Shown here: positions 8,827 to 17,338 of the stretch, piece by piece
Position numbering within the stretch: position 1 is the stretch's first letter
Layout of the letters: every line of letters begins with the position of its first letter
Assembly (NCBI GenBank): GCA_046308575.1
Contig: JBKDYW010000189.1
Span: forward strand, 1-54,755
Length of the DNA stretch: 54,755 nt
From: Verrucomicrobiota bacterium
Lineage (GTDB): Bacteria > Verrucomicrobiota > Verrucomicrobiia > Verrucomicrobiales > Akkermansiaceae
Direction: 5' to 3'
Made by a program: the position numbers and the translations under genes
Notes under the pieces: model-generated
Database searches by the model: none
Told to the model about the DNA's origin: nothing
What the model saw: only the letters and a program-made list of their open reading frames with translations

Positions 8827-8938
8827 AAAAATTGCACAACCACATATCATAAATTTCACAGATTTATTACAAGATAAATTATTAATATTTTTCCGAAATT
8901 CATTTGAAATTATCATCAAACATTGAATCGTTATAGTT

Positions 8939-9706
8939 ATGAGATTGTTCAAACTTACCTTATCAACAATCTTCCAACACAAGTCCTGGGTGGTCTGTAT
9001 GTTGGCGGTGGTGGTTTTGCCCTTCGTGTTGCCAGCCATCTCAAGCGCCTCGGAAAAACCGGTGCTCGTCCAACCGGCCCGCATCCTCGCCGCATGGAAC
9101 ACACTTTGGTTCTGCACCCTGCTCTGGGGTCTCTTCACCGCCGCACGCCACGGCGAAGAAAATGCCAATTCGGGCCTCGGCGAGTACTTCCTCACCACGC
9201 GCGTCTCGGCAACCCGCCAGCTTTTCGAAATCTGGCTCGCCGTCATTTGCTTCATCGCACCATTGACCCTTGCCACCGCCGCCATCTGCCAATTCGGCGC
9301 CGCCCCCGCCCATCCCGATGAACGCTCAATGTGGTGGATCCTCAACCTCCAGTACGCCGCCCTCTTTCTCTTGGTGGTCTCACCGCTGCTCACACTCGCC
9401 ATCGCCATCTCCTCACGCTTCGGCAGCGTGTCGGGATTTGCCATCTCCCTTGGCATCGCACTCTACGGACTCTGGGGCGTCGGCTACCTCGACAACATCC
9501 TGAAGCTCGAAGAAAACCCCGTGCTTCAAAGCATCTGGCTGCTCTCGCCGCACTATGCAATCGCGGATCTCACCCAGCGCCTGCACTTCAAGCTCGGCGC
9601 ACTCAGCAACGCCACATTCTGGCAAATGATCCTCTACTTCACCGGCATACTCGCGATTTACACCGCCGTCTCCCGCGTCGTCTTCCGCTGCAAGGCCAGC
9701 ACCTGA
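8939..9706 (+). CDS. ABC-2-type transporter permease (PilI-like)
   Basis: About six hydrophobic segments. The motif GEYFLTTRVSATRQLFEIWL resembles the ABC-2 permease loop (L-x-x-P-V-S-R...GK). Confidence 0.75.
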   Translation: MRLFKLTLSTIFQHKSWVVCMLAVVVLPFVLPAISSASEKPVLVQPARILAAWNTLWFCTLLWGLFTAARHGEENANSGLGEYFLTTRVSATRQLFEIWLAVICFIAPLTLATAAICQFGAAPAHPDERSMWWILNLQYAALFLLVVSPLLTLAIAISSRFGSVSGFAISLGIALYGLWGVGYLDNILKLEENPVLQSIWLLSPHYAIADLTQRLHFKLGALSNATFWQMILYFTGILAIYTAVSRVVFRCKAST

Positions 9707-9732
9707 TCCCCCCTTACATCACCCTTCCCCCC

Positions 9733-10683
9733 ATGCCTCTGCTCACCCCCCACATCCAGACCGCCATCCTCTTCGGATGCGGTGCAGTGATGCTATCATT
9801 TTCCGCGCATCACATGGCACGCAATCCGGAGCTGGATACTCCGCTCAATCCGCTCGGCATCAACCGCAGTCCTTACGGCGAAGTGATCGCCATGGCGGCA
9901 CAAGGCCCGATCGATACCTATTTCCACAACGGCAGCGGACACGATCATGATCACGAACACGATCATGCGCATGCGCACGACCACGGTTGCGAGCACGAGC
10001 ACGAACACAAAACCGCGCAGGCTTCCAAAAAAAGCAACGCCGCATTGCCGGACCAACTTCGTGGATTCATCGACCGCCTCACCGCAGCATCCACTGCACG
10101 CAACAACCCACGCCCTGTAACATCCGCCCACCAGTTCTACATGCGCCGCAAAACGGAGGACAAACTCCGCTTCGCTTACAACCTCGATCCCGCGCACTAC
10201 GGCAATTACAACAGCTATCACCTTTTCCTTACCGAAAGCCAGTTTGGCACACGCCGCCAACTCACACCCACGGCCATCAAACTCGCCAAGGAAACCATCG
10301 ATTACTGCCTCGCACAAAAGGACGATCCGCGCCCCGCACTTACCGCCGCCGCCGCCGCAAGCAATATCCTCGAACTCATGATCAACAATGTGCGCGGCGC
10401 CACCCCGCACTTCTCAACCGATCACCTCAAGGAAGCCCTCGCCGTCCTCGACCACTGCCTCGCACGCCATCACGAACTCTCAGCCCAATGGCTGGCAACC
10501 GGCAACTGGTCGCGACTCTCCTCATTTCGCATCAAGGAAGTACAGGAACGCCTCCACTTCATCTCCAAGGTTCGCGATGCGGAGGAAAAAGCCATTCAAC
10601 TGTTGGAAAAGGAATCAAAGCCCTTCCAAGCGATCCAGGCCTCGACCCTGACCGCACCCGCCGAACCGCAAACAAAGCCATGA
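9733..10683 (+). CDS. Membrane-anchored helical (TPR-like) protein with a His-rich insert, PilG/XapA-like
   Basis: N-terminal hydrophobic anchor, HDHDHEHDHAHAHDHGCEHEHEH, and an AYNLDPAHYGNYNSY segment. Directly follows the permease; the stop overlaps the PilT-like ATG. Confidence 0.6.
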   Translation: MPLLTPHIQTAILFGCGAVMLSFSAHHMARNPELDTPLNPLGINRSPYGEVIAMAAQGPIDTYFHNGSGHDHDHEHDHAHAHDHGCEHEHEHKTAQASKKSNAALPDQLRGFIDRLTAASTARNNPRPVTSAHQFYMRRKTEDKLRFAYNLDPAHYGNYNSYHLFLTESQFGTRRQLTPTAIKLAKETIDYCLAQKDDPRPALTAAAAASNILELMINNVRGATPHFSTDHLKEALAVLDHCLARHHELSAQWLATGNWSRLSSFRIKEVQERLHFISKVRDAEEKAIQLLEKESKPFQAIQASTLTAPAEPQTKP

Positions 10684-11945
10684 TCGCCACCCTCAACACA
10701 GCTTCAGAAGCACCCGCCACATCGCACGATGTGAAACGGTTCGAGGCCGGCATGAGCGGTCGTGAGGCACTCAACATCATCTTCACCATCTGCCAGGACC
10801 TCGGCGTTTCCGACATCCAAATGCGCTCCGGCCGCCCGGTGTACATCCACACCAATAAGGGCATGGAAAAACTCGCCCAGCTCGGCAACCTCAGCCCCAC
10901 CCACCTCGACGAAATCCTCAAGGAACTCATCCGCAACCGCGAGAGTTCCGATCACGGCTTCGGCATCGATCGCAGCATCGGCGAACGCATCGAGGAAAAA
11001 ATCAGCCTCGCCATCAGCGACTTTGCCAAAACCCGCGTCGCCGACTTTTCCTGCGAAGGCATCCCGATGGGCGATCATGGCGAACGCTCCGGCCGCCTGC
11101 GCATCCAAGCCCACCTCAGCGCCACCGGACTCGGCATCACATGCCGCATCCTCAGCGACACCATCCCGGAACTCGAGTCACTCGGCATCGATCCCGACAC
11201 CACCGCCACACTCCGCCACTGCGTCCTCAAACGCGCCGGACTCTGCCTCGTCACCGGCCCCACCGGATCCGGCAAGTCGACCACCCTCGCATCACTCATC
11301 GACTGGCTCCGCAAAAACCACGGCAAACACATCGTCACGATCGAGGACCCCGTGGAGTACCGCTATCCGGACGACATGCCCGACCCACAGGATCCCGAGC
11401 ACCTCATCCCCTCGCCCAGCATCGTCACGCAGCAAGAGGTCGGCCGCGATGTCCACTCCTACCGCCAAGGCCTCAAGGATGTCCTGCGCAAAGCTCCGCA
11501 CATCATTCTGCTTGGTGAAATCCGCGACCGCGAGGCGATGGAAACCTGCATGGAGGCAGCCCAAACCGGCCACCTCGTGCTCTCCACACTCCACACCACC
11601 GGCGCAGTCAAAACCATCGGCCGCATTCTCGAGCTTTACCCAAAAGAAAACCACACCTCGGTCCTCAGCCGCCTATCCGAAATCCTCATCTTCATCCACT
11701 CGCAAGGCCTGCTGCCCGGCCTACACCGGCGCGTCCTCAACTACGAGTTCCTCCACAACAGCGAGGACGCGGTGGCCAGTGCAATCGCCAACTACGACGG
11801 CGGCGCACGCTCGCTCGAAGATGTCATCCGCCGCTCCGGCAACATCTCGTGGGACGCCAACCTCCTCCGACTCCTCAAGCAAGGCCTCATCACCGAGGAA
11901 ACTTTCGTCAATGCACAAATGAATATGAATAAAGAAGATTTTTGA
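10680..11945 (+). CDS. pilT: PilT/PilU-family pilus retraction ATPase
   Basis: SDIQM N-domain, Walker A GPTGSGKST, Asp box TIEDPVE, QQEVGRD, Walker B ILLGEIRD and His box TGHLVLSTLH. The AIRNLIRE motif is absent. Confidence 0.85.
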   Translation: MIATLNTASEAPATSHDVKRFEAGMSGREALNIIFTICQDLGVSDIQMRSGRPVYIHTNKGMEKLAQLGNLSPTHLDEILKELIRNRESSDHGFGIDRSIGERIEEKISLAISDFAKTRVADFSCEGIPMGDHGERSGRLRIQAHLSATGLGITCRILSDTIPELESLGIDPDTTATLRHCVLKRAGLCLVTGPTGSGKSTTLASLIDWLRKNHGKHIVTIEDPVEYRYPDDMPDPQDPEHLIPSPSIVTQQEVGRDVHSYRQGLKDVLRKAPHIILLGEIRDREAMETCMEAAQTGHLVLSTLHTTGAVKTIGRILELYPKENHTSVLSRLSEILIFIHSQGLLPGLHRRVLNYEFLHNSEDAVASAIANYDGGARSLEDVIRRSGNISWDANLLRLLKQGLITEETFVNAQMNMNKEDF

Positions 11946-12084
11946 GCGTCTCACTCACATCAGCAGAAATGAAAAATCACCAAGCATGAATCTCCGGGGA
12001 AAAGTTGAACATGAAGCGGTCCGGTGACCGCCAAATCGAAGACCTTCCCCACCCGAAAAAAGAAAACACAAACCGAACAAAAAA

Positions 12085-12495
12085 ATGAAAATGACACACA
12101 CAAACAAAGCAAAACGCACCAAAGGCATGACACTCCTCGAACTGACGGTTGTCATTCTTGTCCTGTTGTCCCTGATCTCGGTGCTCTTCATCGGAGCCCG
12201 CGCATGGAAGAAAGGATCCGACCGTGCGGCCTGCATCCTGAACATCCGCAACTTCCAACAAGCGGTGCGTTCCTATGCCAACATGAACGGCAAGAATCCC
12301 GGTGATACCGTACCGGCATTCAACACCACCATTGTGGGAGCCGGTCTGTTCATGGAAACCGCTCCGACCTGCCCCGGCGGTGGCAGCTATACCGGGCTTA
12401 CCGACACGACCATTCCAGCTGTCGGAACCGTGGCACTCGTCTGCGATTTCGCAGAGGGACCAGCCCATGCCCCTGAAAACACCTCCGCTTGGTAA
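12085..12495 (+). CDS. Major type IV pilin candidate
   Basis: KAKRTKG|MTLLELTVVILVLLSLISVLFIG. Small mature protein with three Cys, an A-rich translation initiation region and downstream hairpins. Confidence 0.85.
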   Translation: MKMTHTNKAKRTKGMTLLELTVVILVLLSLISVLFIGARAWKKGSDRAACILNIRNFQQAVRSYANMNGKNPGDTVPAFNTTIVGAGLFMETAPTCPGGGSYTGLTDTTIPAVGTVALVCDFAEGPAHAPENTSAW

Positions 12496-12502
12496 GCACC
12501 CA

Positions 12503-12562
12503 GGATTCCGGACCTTGGAAACCGGAATCCAGTTCACGCGGCCGCCCACTATGGGCGGCCGC
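12503..12562 (+). terminator. Tandem GC-rich hairpins after the pilin gene (attenuator or mRNA stabiliser)
   Basis: GGATTCCGG(12503-11) pairs with CCGGAATCC(12522-30), and GCGGCCGCCCA(12538-48) pairs with TGGGCGGCCGC(12552-62). No U-tract. Confidence 0.6.
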
Positions 12563-12616
12563 CCCCTCGGGGAAAATTCCAAGTCCCCCCATCAGTCAAC
12601 AGTCACCCCCACACCC

Positions 12617-14386
12617 TTGAGCACCCTGCTCCATCCCACGACTCTCAATCCCCTGCAACGCTACAGGCAAGCGAGGTCAGTGCTGACAAATACCACCCGC
12701 GCAAGCAACCCCGCATGGTATCAGGACGCGCTCTCACTGGATCTGCAACTGCACATCCGCCACGATGGAGAAAACATTACGGCATTCTTTCACAAGCGCT
12801 CCAACGCGGAATGGTCGAAAGGACCTGAAATCAAAGATGCCACCCTTCGCGACCCGGAAACAATCCGCAGCTTCGCCACCAATGTCATCAGCCATTCCCG
12901 CTCTCTCGGCGCCAGCTCGCTCGGTGTGATCCTTCACATCGCCGACGAATTCGCGACTTCCGAACTCAAGCCGGAACTGGACAGCCCCGCTTCACTCGAA
13001 GAACTGCGGGCCACCGCTTACACCAAACCATCCGCCATTCTCGAAGACAACTCGGCGATGATGACCGAGCACTCATGGAGGGTCATCCCATATCCCGCTC
13101 AAGGCAGCGGCGTCATCGGCACCACGGCCAGCATCAGCCGCCAATACGACGCGTTTCTCAGCACGCTTCGCGAAACGGGTGAAAATGAAAATTTCCCCGT
13201 TATCACCCACGCGCTCAGCGCGCCACTGGTCAGCCTCATGGCCCTGCCACGCCTTGTCGACCTCACACCCGGCAAGCCCTTTGTCGCGGCCCTTCACTAC
13301 CCATGCTTCACCGCATTGTTTTTCTTCAACGAGCATGCAGACCTCCTTCTCATGCGCTCGCTGCAACACCGGCATTCGCACCGCTCGCTCAACCTGCGCA
13401 ACGCACTCTCCACCACCGATGCCTCACTGGAGTTGATCGACCCCGACATGCATGTGATCGAGCTCGACCCGAATCCCACCACCTCCATGCACGAGGAGTT
13501 GAGCAATGCATTTCCTACCAGCAAGGTTTCCACCGTCACCATCACCGGCGAAAATGACATGCCCGCATGGTGCATCGAGCCACGCATCGCCGTATCACAA
13601 ACGCCTGGCGAACAAGGTGCAAACAGCCTCACCTTCAGTATCCTGAGCAGTGAAAAATGGGCGCTTCAGGATTTCCTGCCAACACCCGTCGAGACCGCCG
13701 AGCTGTACCCAAACCGCTCGGAAATGAAACTCATCCGCAACCTCGCCCACGCACGCCTCGGCCTCTTCGCCGCCGCCGCGCTGATCATTGTGTGGCTCTC
13801 ATTCGGCATCGTCGAAATCGTGCGCCACGAAGAGTGGGCATTCGATGGCCAGCAAACCAACCTCATCAAAACCCGCCTCGAAAAACTCGATGCGGAACGC
13901 AAAAAAATCGAACACTGGGACAACCTCCTCGAAGACCGCTCCAAGGCATGGGTCACGATGGAACTCCTCAGCAGCCTGTTTCCCGAACGCTGCGGTGTGA
14001 TCGTAAAAGGCTTCACCCACACCATCCGCCCCGAAGTCTCACCAGCCAAGGCCCGCATCGGGCTCATCAAGGAATGGAAAATTACCGGCCTCCATCGCGA
14101 TGAGGCAATCGACCGCCTTAACACGATCAACACCCAGGAAGGAATCATCAAGCACTTCACCGAGATCTCACGCGCCACCGGCAATCCGGCATTCAATCCC
14201 ATCGGCGGCAACCGCAGCATCGCCGTGAATGTCCGCACCCAGGAAAACAATCGCTACAAACCAGCGATCAACGAGGAAATCATCGACACCGACGACTCAA
14301 GCTACCCCTACGCCTTCGACCTCACGATCACCCAACGCTTCGAGGCCTCCGACCCGATCTCCATCAGCGCCAGCAAACTGCCCTGA
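12617..14386 (+). CDS. Fused PilM-PilN / GspL-like inner-membrane alignment protein
   Basis: TTG start assumed. About 380-aa cytoplasmic part, one TM (LGLFAAAALIIVWLSFGIV), a coiled coil, then an alpha/beta periplasmic domain. First gene of an MN-O-P-Q-like series. Confidence 0.6.
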   Translation: MSTLLHPTTLNPLQRYRQARSVLTNTTRASNPAWYQDALSLDLQLHIRHDGENITAFFHKRSNAEWSKGPEIKDATLRDPETIRSFATNVISHSRSLGASSLGVILHIADEFATSELKPELDSPASLEELRATAYTKPSAILEDNSAMMTEHSWRVIPYPAQGSGVIGTTASISRQYDAFLSTLRETGENENFPVITHALSAPLVSLMALPRLVDLTPGKPFVAALHYPCFTALFFFNEHADLLLMRSLQHRHSHRSLNLRNALSTTDASLELIDPDMHVIELDPNPTTSMHEELSNAFPTSKVSTVTITGENDMPAWCIEPRIAVSQTPGEQGANSLTFSILSSEKWALQDFLPTPVETAELYPNRSEMKLIRNLAHARLGLFAAAALIIVWLSFGIVEIVRHEEWAFDGQQTNLIKTRLEKLDAERKKIEHWDNLLEDRSKAWVTMELLSSLFPERCGVIVKGFTHTIRPEVSPAKARIGLIKEWKITGLHRDEAIDRLNTINTQEGIIKHFTEISRATGNPAFNPIGGNRSIAVNVRTQENNRYKPAINEEIIDTDDSSYPYAFDLTITQRFEASDPISISASKLP

Positions 14387-14389
14387 ACC

Positions 14390-14935
14390 ATGAACCATTA
14401 TCGGCAATCCATCGCCCTCTTCGGCATCGCCATTCCATCACTGGCAATCGCCCTCGTGCTGCTTGTCGTGTGGTCACTGCGCTCGCACATGGTGGAGTCC
14501 TATACAAAAAAACAATCCCTCTTCCGCACCTACCAAACCAATTACAACAAGGCCATGGAGGTGGAAACCAACATCGCCCGCCAACGCCCGCATGTGCAAC
14601 GCTGGTCGCAAATCATCAGCGAAGAGGCAGCCAGCTCGGTCAACAACAACCTCCGCGCAATCGCCGAAAAAATGCCCGCCAAAGAGTTTCAGAAAACCGC
14701 CTTCGAACGCACTGCAGGCAAAGGCGGAATCGGTGCAAACGCCGCCCAAAATTCCTCACAACTTCGCATCATATTTCGCGGCACCTACCGCACGATGCAA
14801 CGCGCATTCCTCGAACTCGAATCCCGCATGCCTCAGCTCCAACTGCAAGAAATGCGCATCGAACCGAATCAAAACCCACAAAACACCTCTCCCCTTCTCA
14901 ATTTCCAAGTTACCTATACCGCATGGGAAAAGTAA
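14390..14935 (+). CDS. PilO/GspM-like protein
   Basis: N-terminal TM and coiled coil, with the ferredoxin-like signature LRIIFRGTYRTMQRAFLELESRMPQLQLQEMRI. Confidence 0.7.
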   Translation: MNHYRQSIALFGIAIPSLAIALVLLVVWSLRSHMVESYTKKQSLFRTYQTNYNKAMEVETNIARQRPHVQRWSQIISEEAASSVNNNLRAIAEKMPAKEFQKTAFERTAGKGGIGANAAQNSSQLRIIFRGTYRTMQRAFLELESRMPQLQLQEMRIEPNQNPQNTSPLLNFQVTYTAWEK

Positions 14936-15531
14936 GTTCCATCCTAGTGCTTACACTCATCACAACCCTGGCAACGGCAAGGGTACCGGAAAACAACACC
15001 AACGAATCAATCACCCCCCAACCATCGCGCTACGCAGGCCAAGACACCGCGCCATACACATCCGCCATCAGCTCGCTGTTCTCAATCGCCAAACGCGCCA
15101 CCGATCCGTTCTGCCAACCACAGGATCCAAACGCCAAACCAATCATCAGGCCAAACAGCAAAACAATCACACGCCGCACCACCACGGCCGAGCCTGCAAA
15201 ACAACTCTCCAACATCGTCGGCCAAATACCCATCACGACGATCATGCCGCGCGAAAAACGCTTCCTCGTCGGAAGCCGTAGCATCAGCGAGGGCGAAAGC
15301 CTTACCCTCAATCACCAAAACAAATTGATCCACACCAAGGTCACAGAAGTCACTTCCGCACGCATCGTGTTCATCAATACAGAGACAGGCGAACAAGCCG
15401 TACGCACACTCTCACTGCTGCCCGCGGGCATGACGCCCGGCCAAAACCAAATCACACCCGCAGGGATGCTGCGGAATCAATTAAACGCCCCCTTGGAAAT
15501 CGGATCCGCAACCGATGCCAACAAACCATGA
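14923..15531 (+). CDS. PilP/GspC-like exported protein
   Basis: Signal peptide, DPF motif and beta domain with ISEGE...KVTEVTSARIVF. Lies between the PilO-like gene and the secretin. Confidence 0.6.
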   Translation: MGKVSSILVLTLITTLATARVPENNTNESITPQPSRYAGQDTAPYTSAISSLFSIAKRATDPFCQPQDPNAKPIIRPNSKTITRRTTTAEPAKQLSNIVGQIPITTIMPREKRFLVGSRSISEGESLTLNHQNKLIHTKVTEVTSARIVFINTETGEQAVRTLSLLPAGMTPGQNQITPAGMLRNQLNAPLEIGSATDANKP

Positions 15532-15544
15532 ACCCCATATCGTC

Positions 15545-17311
15545 ATGAAAAAAACAAAGTTACTCATTCCTCTGGGCATCCTTCTCCTCACCGCTCCGTT
15601 CAAGGCGCAAACCACTGCGGATGTCGGCACCGATCCAGCACCGCTCCTTGTCGAAACCACTGCAAGCGAGCCCGATGCCGAAGCCGCTTCCAAGGCACCA
15701 GCGGCGGAGGCCCCGCCCGCAGTGCCATCCGCTCCCAAGGATCTTCCGTTTCCAATCTCCGAGCCACAAAAACCCAGCACCGAAACGCCCGCTGCGGGAA
15801 CACCCGCCGCCAGCCCGATGCAAGCATCGGATGAAGGCTACATCCTCAAAGGCGCACCGCTCAACGACATCCTTCAGTTCCTTGCCAAAGCGGCCGGACG
15901 CCAGTACTTCCACAACGCAAAACTCAACGGTCCGGAGTTTCTCGTCACCGGCCACCTCAACGACGGCAACGCGATGCGCCAAATGGAGGAAATTTCCTTC
16001 ATGTACGGAGTCACCCTCCACACCAAAGGCGACACGATCTACGCGCTCACTGCCTCTCAACTCGCACAACTCCCAAGCGCCGAGTTCCACTATCAACTCC
16101 AGTACCTCCGCCCAACGGACATCAAACAAATCCAGGAGCTGATCAAACCCATGCTTAGCCCCGCTACCGGCATCATCAATTTCGAACCGAAAACCAACAG
16201 CATTATCATCATCGACTCGGCCCACCGCATTGAACAGGCCCGCCAATTCCTCCGCAGCATCGACCGCGCCAAAGGCCAAATCGTGATCGAAACAAAAATC
16301 CTGCGCATCAATAGCACCGCCGCCGAAAACATGGGCGTCAATTGGTCCTCGTCACTCGGTGCCAAAGGCGTTCCGCTCTCAGTCACCCGCGACCTCGCCT
16401 CAGTCTTCGGCCTACCCTCGTCACCCGCATCCAGCATCGTCGGCGGCGACGGCACCAACCTCGTACTGAGCCCGGTCGAAGTCACCGGCGTGCTATCCGC
16501 CCTTTCGGAAGGCGGCATCGCCAGCCAAATCTCCAATCCCACACTCATCACCGAGGACAACGAACAAGCCACGATCTCCATCATCGACCGCATCCCGATC
16601 GTGACATCCACCACCACCCCGGGCAGCGGCGGCACCCAACCAACCGTCACCGAAGAAGTCCGTTACAAAATCGACCAAGGCGACAAAAGCATCGACGCCG
16701 ACCCCGAAAAACACCGTGAAATTGGCATCTCGCTCGTGGTCACACCCACCCTGCTTCCCGACGGCACCGTGCGCATGAAAATGCGCCCACGCTCCGCACA
16801 AATCACCGGTGAAGTCATCGGCGTCGGCGTCGACGGACAAGAAGGCAACCGCTACCCGCGCGTTTCGGAATCGATGATCGAGACCCTCGCACGCGTGCCA
16901 AACGGTCATTCACTGGTTGTCGGCGGATTTTACGGCCAAACGAAAGACGAGGACAAAACCAAGGTCCCTCTCCTCGGCGACATTCCGATTGTGAATTTCT
17001 TCTTCAAAAGCAAGGAAGCGAAAAAGGAAAACACCAGCCTCGTTTTTATCGTCACACCAAAATCCTATGATCCCAAAGACCGGCACTCGAACGACAGCGC
17101 CAGCAATTTCGTACGCCAATCCACCGCTCTCACCGCCGATCACGATTGGGTCGATGACAACAATCCCGGCCCTGCACACGAACCGAACGTCGTGCGCACC
17201 ATTCGCGGCGCAATGCCATCGCAAGCTCCCTACTATCCAACGGCCAGCGAAGTCGTAAACACAAACAAACCAAAGTCAAAACGCCCCGCTCCATTCAGTT
17301 ACAAGCGCTGA
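15545..17311 (+). CDS. Outer-membrane secretin (PilQ/GspD family)
   Basis: N3 domain (TNSIIIID...IDRAKGQIVIETKI), SNPTLITEDNEQATISI, GISLVVTPT, SLVVGG and KVPLLGDIPIVNFFFKS. Confidence 0.92.
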   Translation: MKKTKLLIPLGILLLTAPFKAQTTADVGTDPAPLLVETTASEPDAEAASKAPAAEAPPAVPSAPKDLPFPISEPQKPSTETPAAGTPAASPMQASDEGYILKGAPLNDILQFLAKAAGRQYFHNAKLNGPEFLVTGHLNDGNAMRQMEEISFMYGVTLHTKGDTIYALTASQLAQLPSAEFHYQLQYLRPTDIKQIQELIKPMLSPATGIINFEPKTNSIIIIDSAHRIEQARQFLRSIDRAKGQIVIETKILRINSTAAENMGVNWSSSLGAKGVPLSVTRDLASVFGLPSSPASSIVGGDGTNLVLSPVEVTGVLSALSEGGIASQISNPTLITEDNEQATISIIDRIPIVTSTTTPGSGGTQPTVTEEVRYKIDQGDKSIDADPEKHREIGISLVVTPTLLPDGTVRMKMRPRSAQITGEVIGVGVDGQEGNRYPRVSESMIETLARVPNGHSLVVGGFYGQTKDEDKTKVPLLGDIPIVNFFFKSKEAKKENTSLVFIVTPKSYDPKDRHSNDSASNFVRQSTALTADHDWVDDNNPGPAHEPNVVRTIRGAMPSQAPYYPTASEVVNTNKPKSKRPAPFSYKR

Positions 17312-17338
17312 TCTTTAACCTGCTTTTCCCTCACGCCG

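Noticed and set aside
9987-10679. N-terminal 231 aa of the 652-aa ORF (apparent long PilT fusion)
   Set aside because: It overlaps the His-rich gene in another frame and reads as Arg/Pro-rich noise. The ATGA-coupled ATG at 10680 is the plausible start.
10762-11922. 386-aa alternate-frame ORF inside pilT, and similar long Ser/Pro/Arg-rich or antisense ORFs (e.g. 27317-28372, 28309-29103, 50385-51377)
   Set aside because: These are frame-shifted or antisense shadows of well-supported genes, expected from GC-rich codon bias, and carry no motifs.
12302-12616. N-terminal extension of ORF 12302-14386
   Set aside because: It overlaps the pilin gene and runs through the twin hairpins. TTG 12617 (or GTG 12681) is more plausible.
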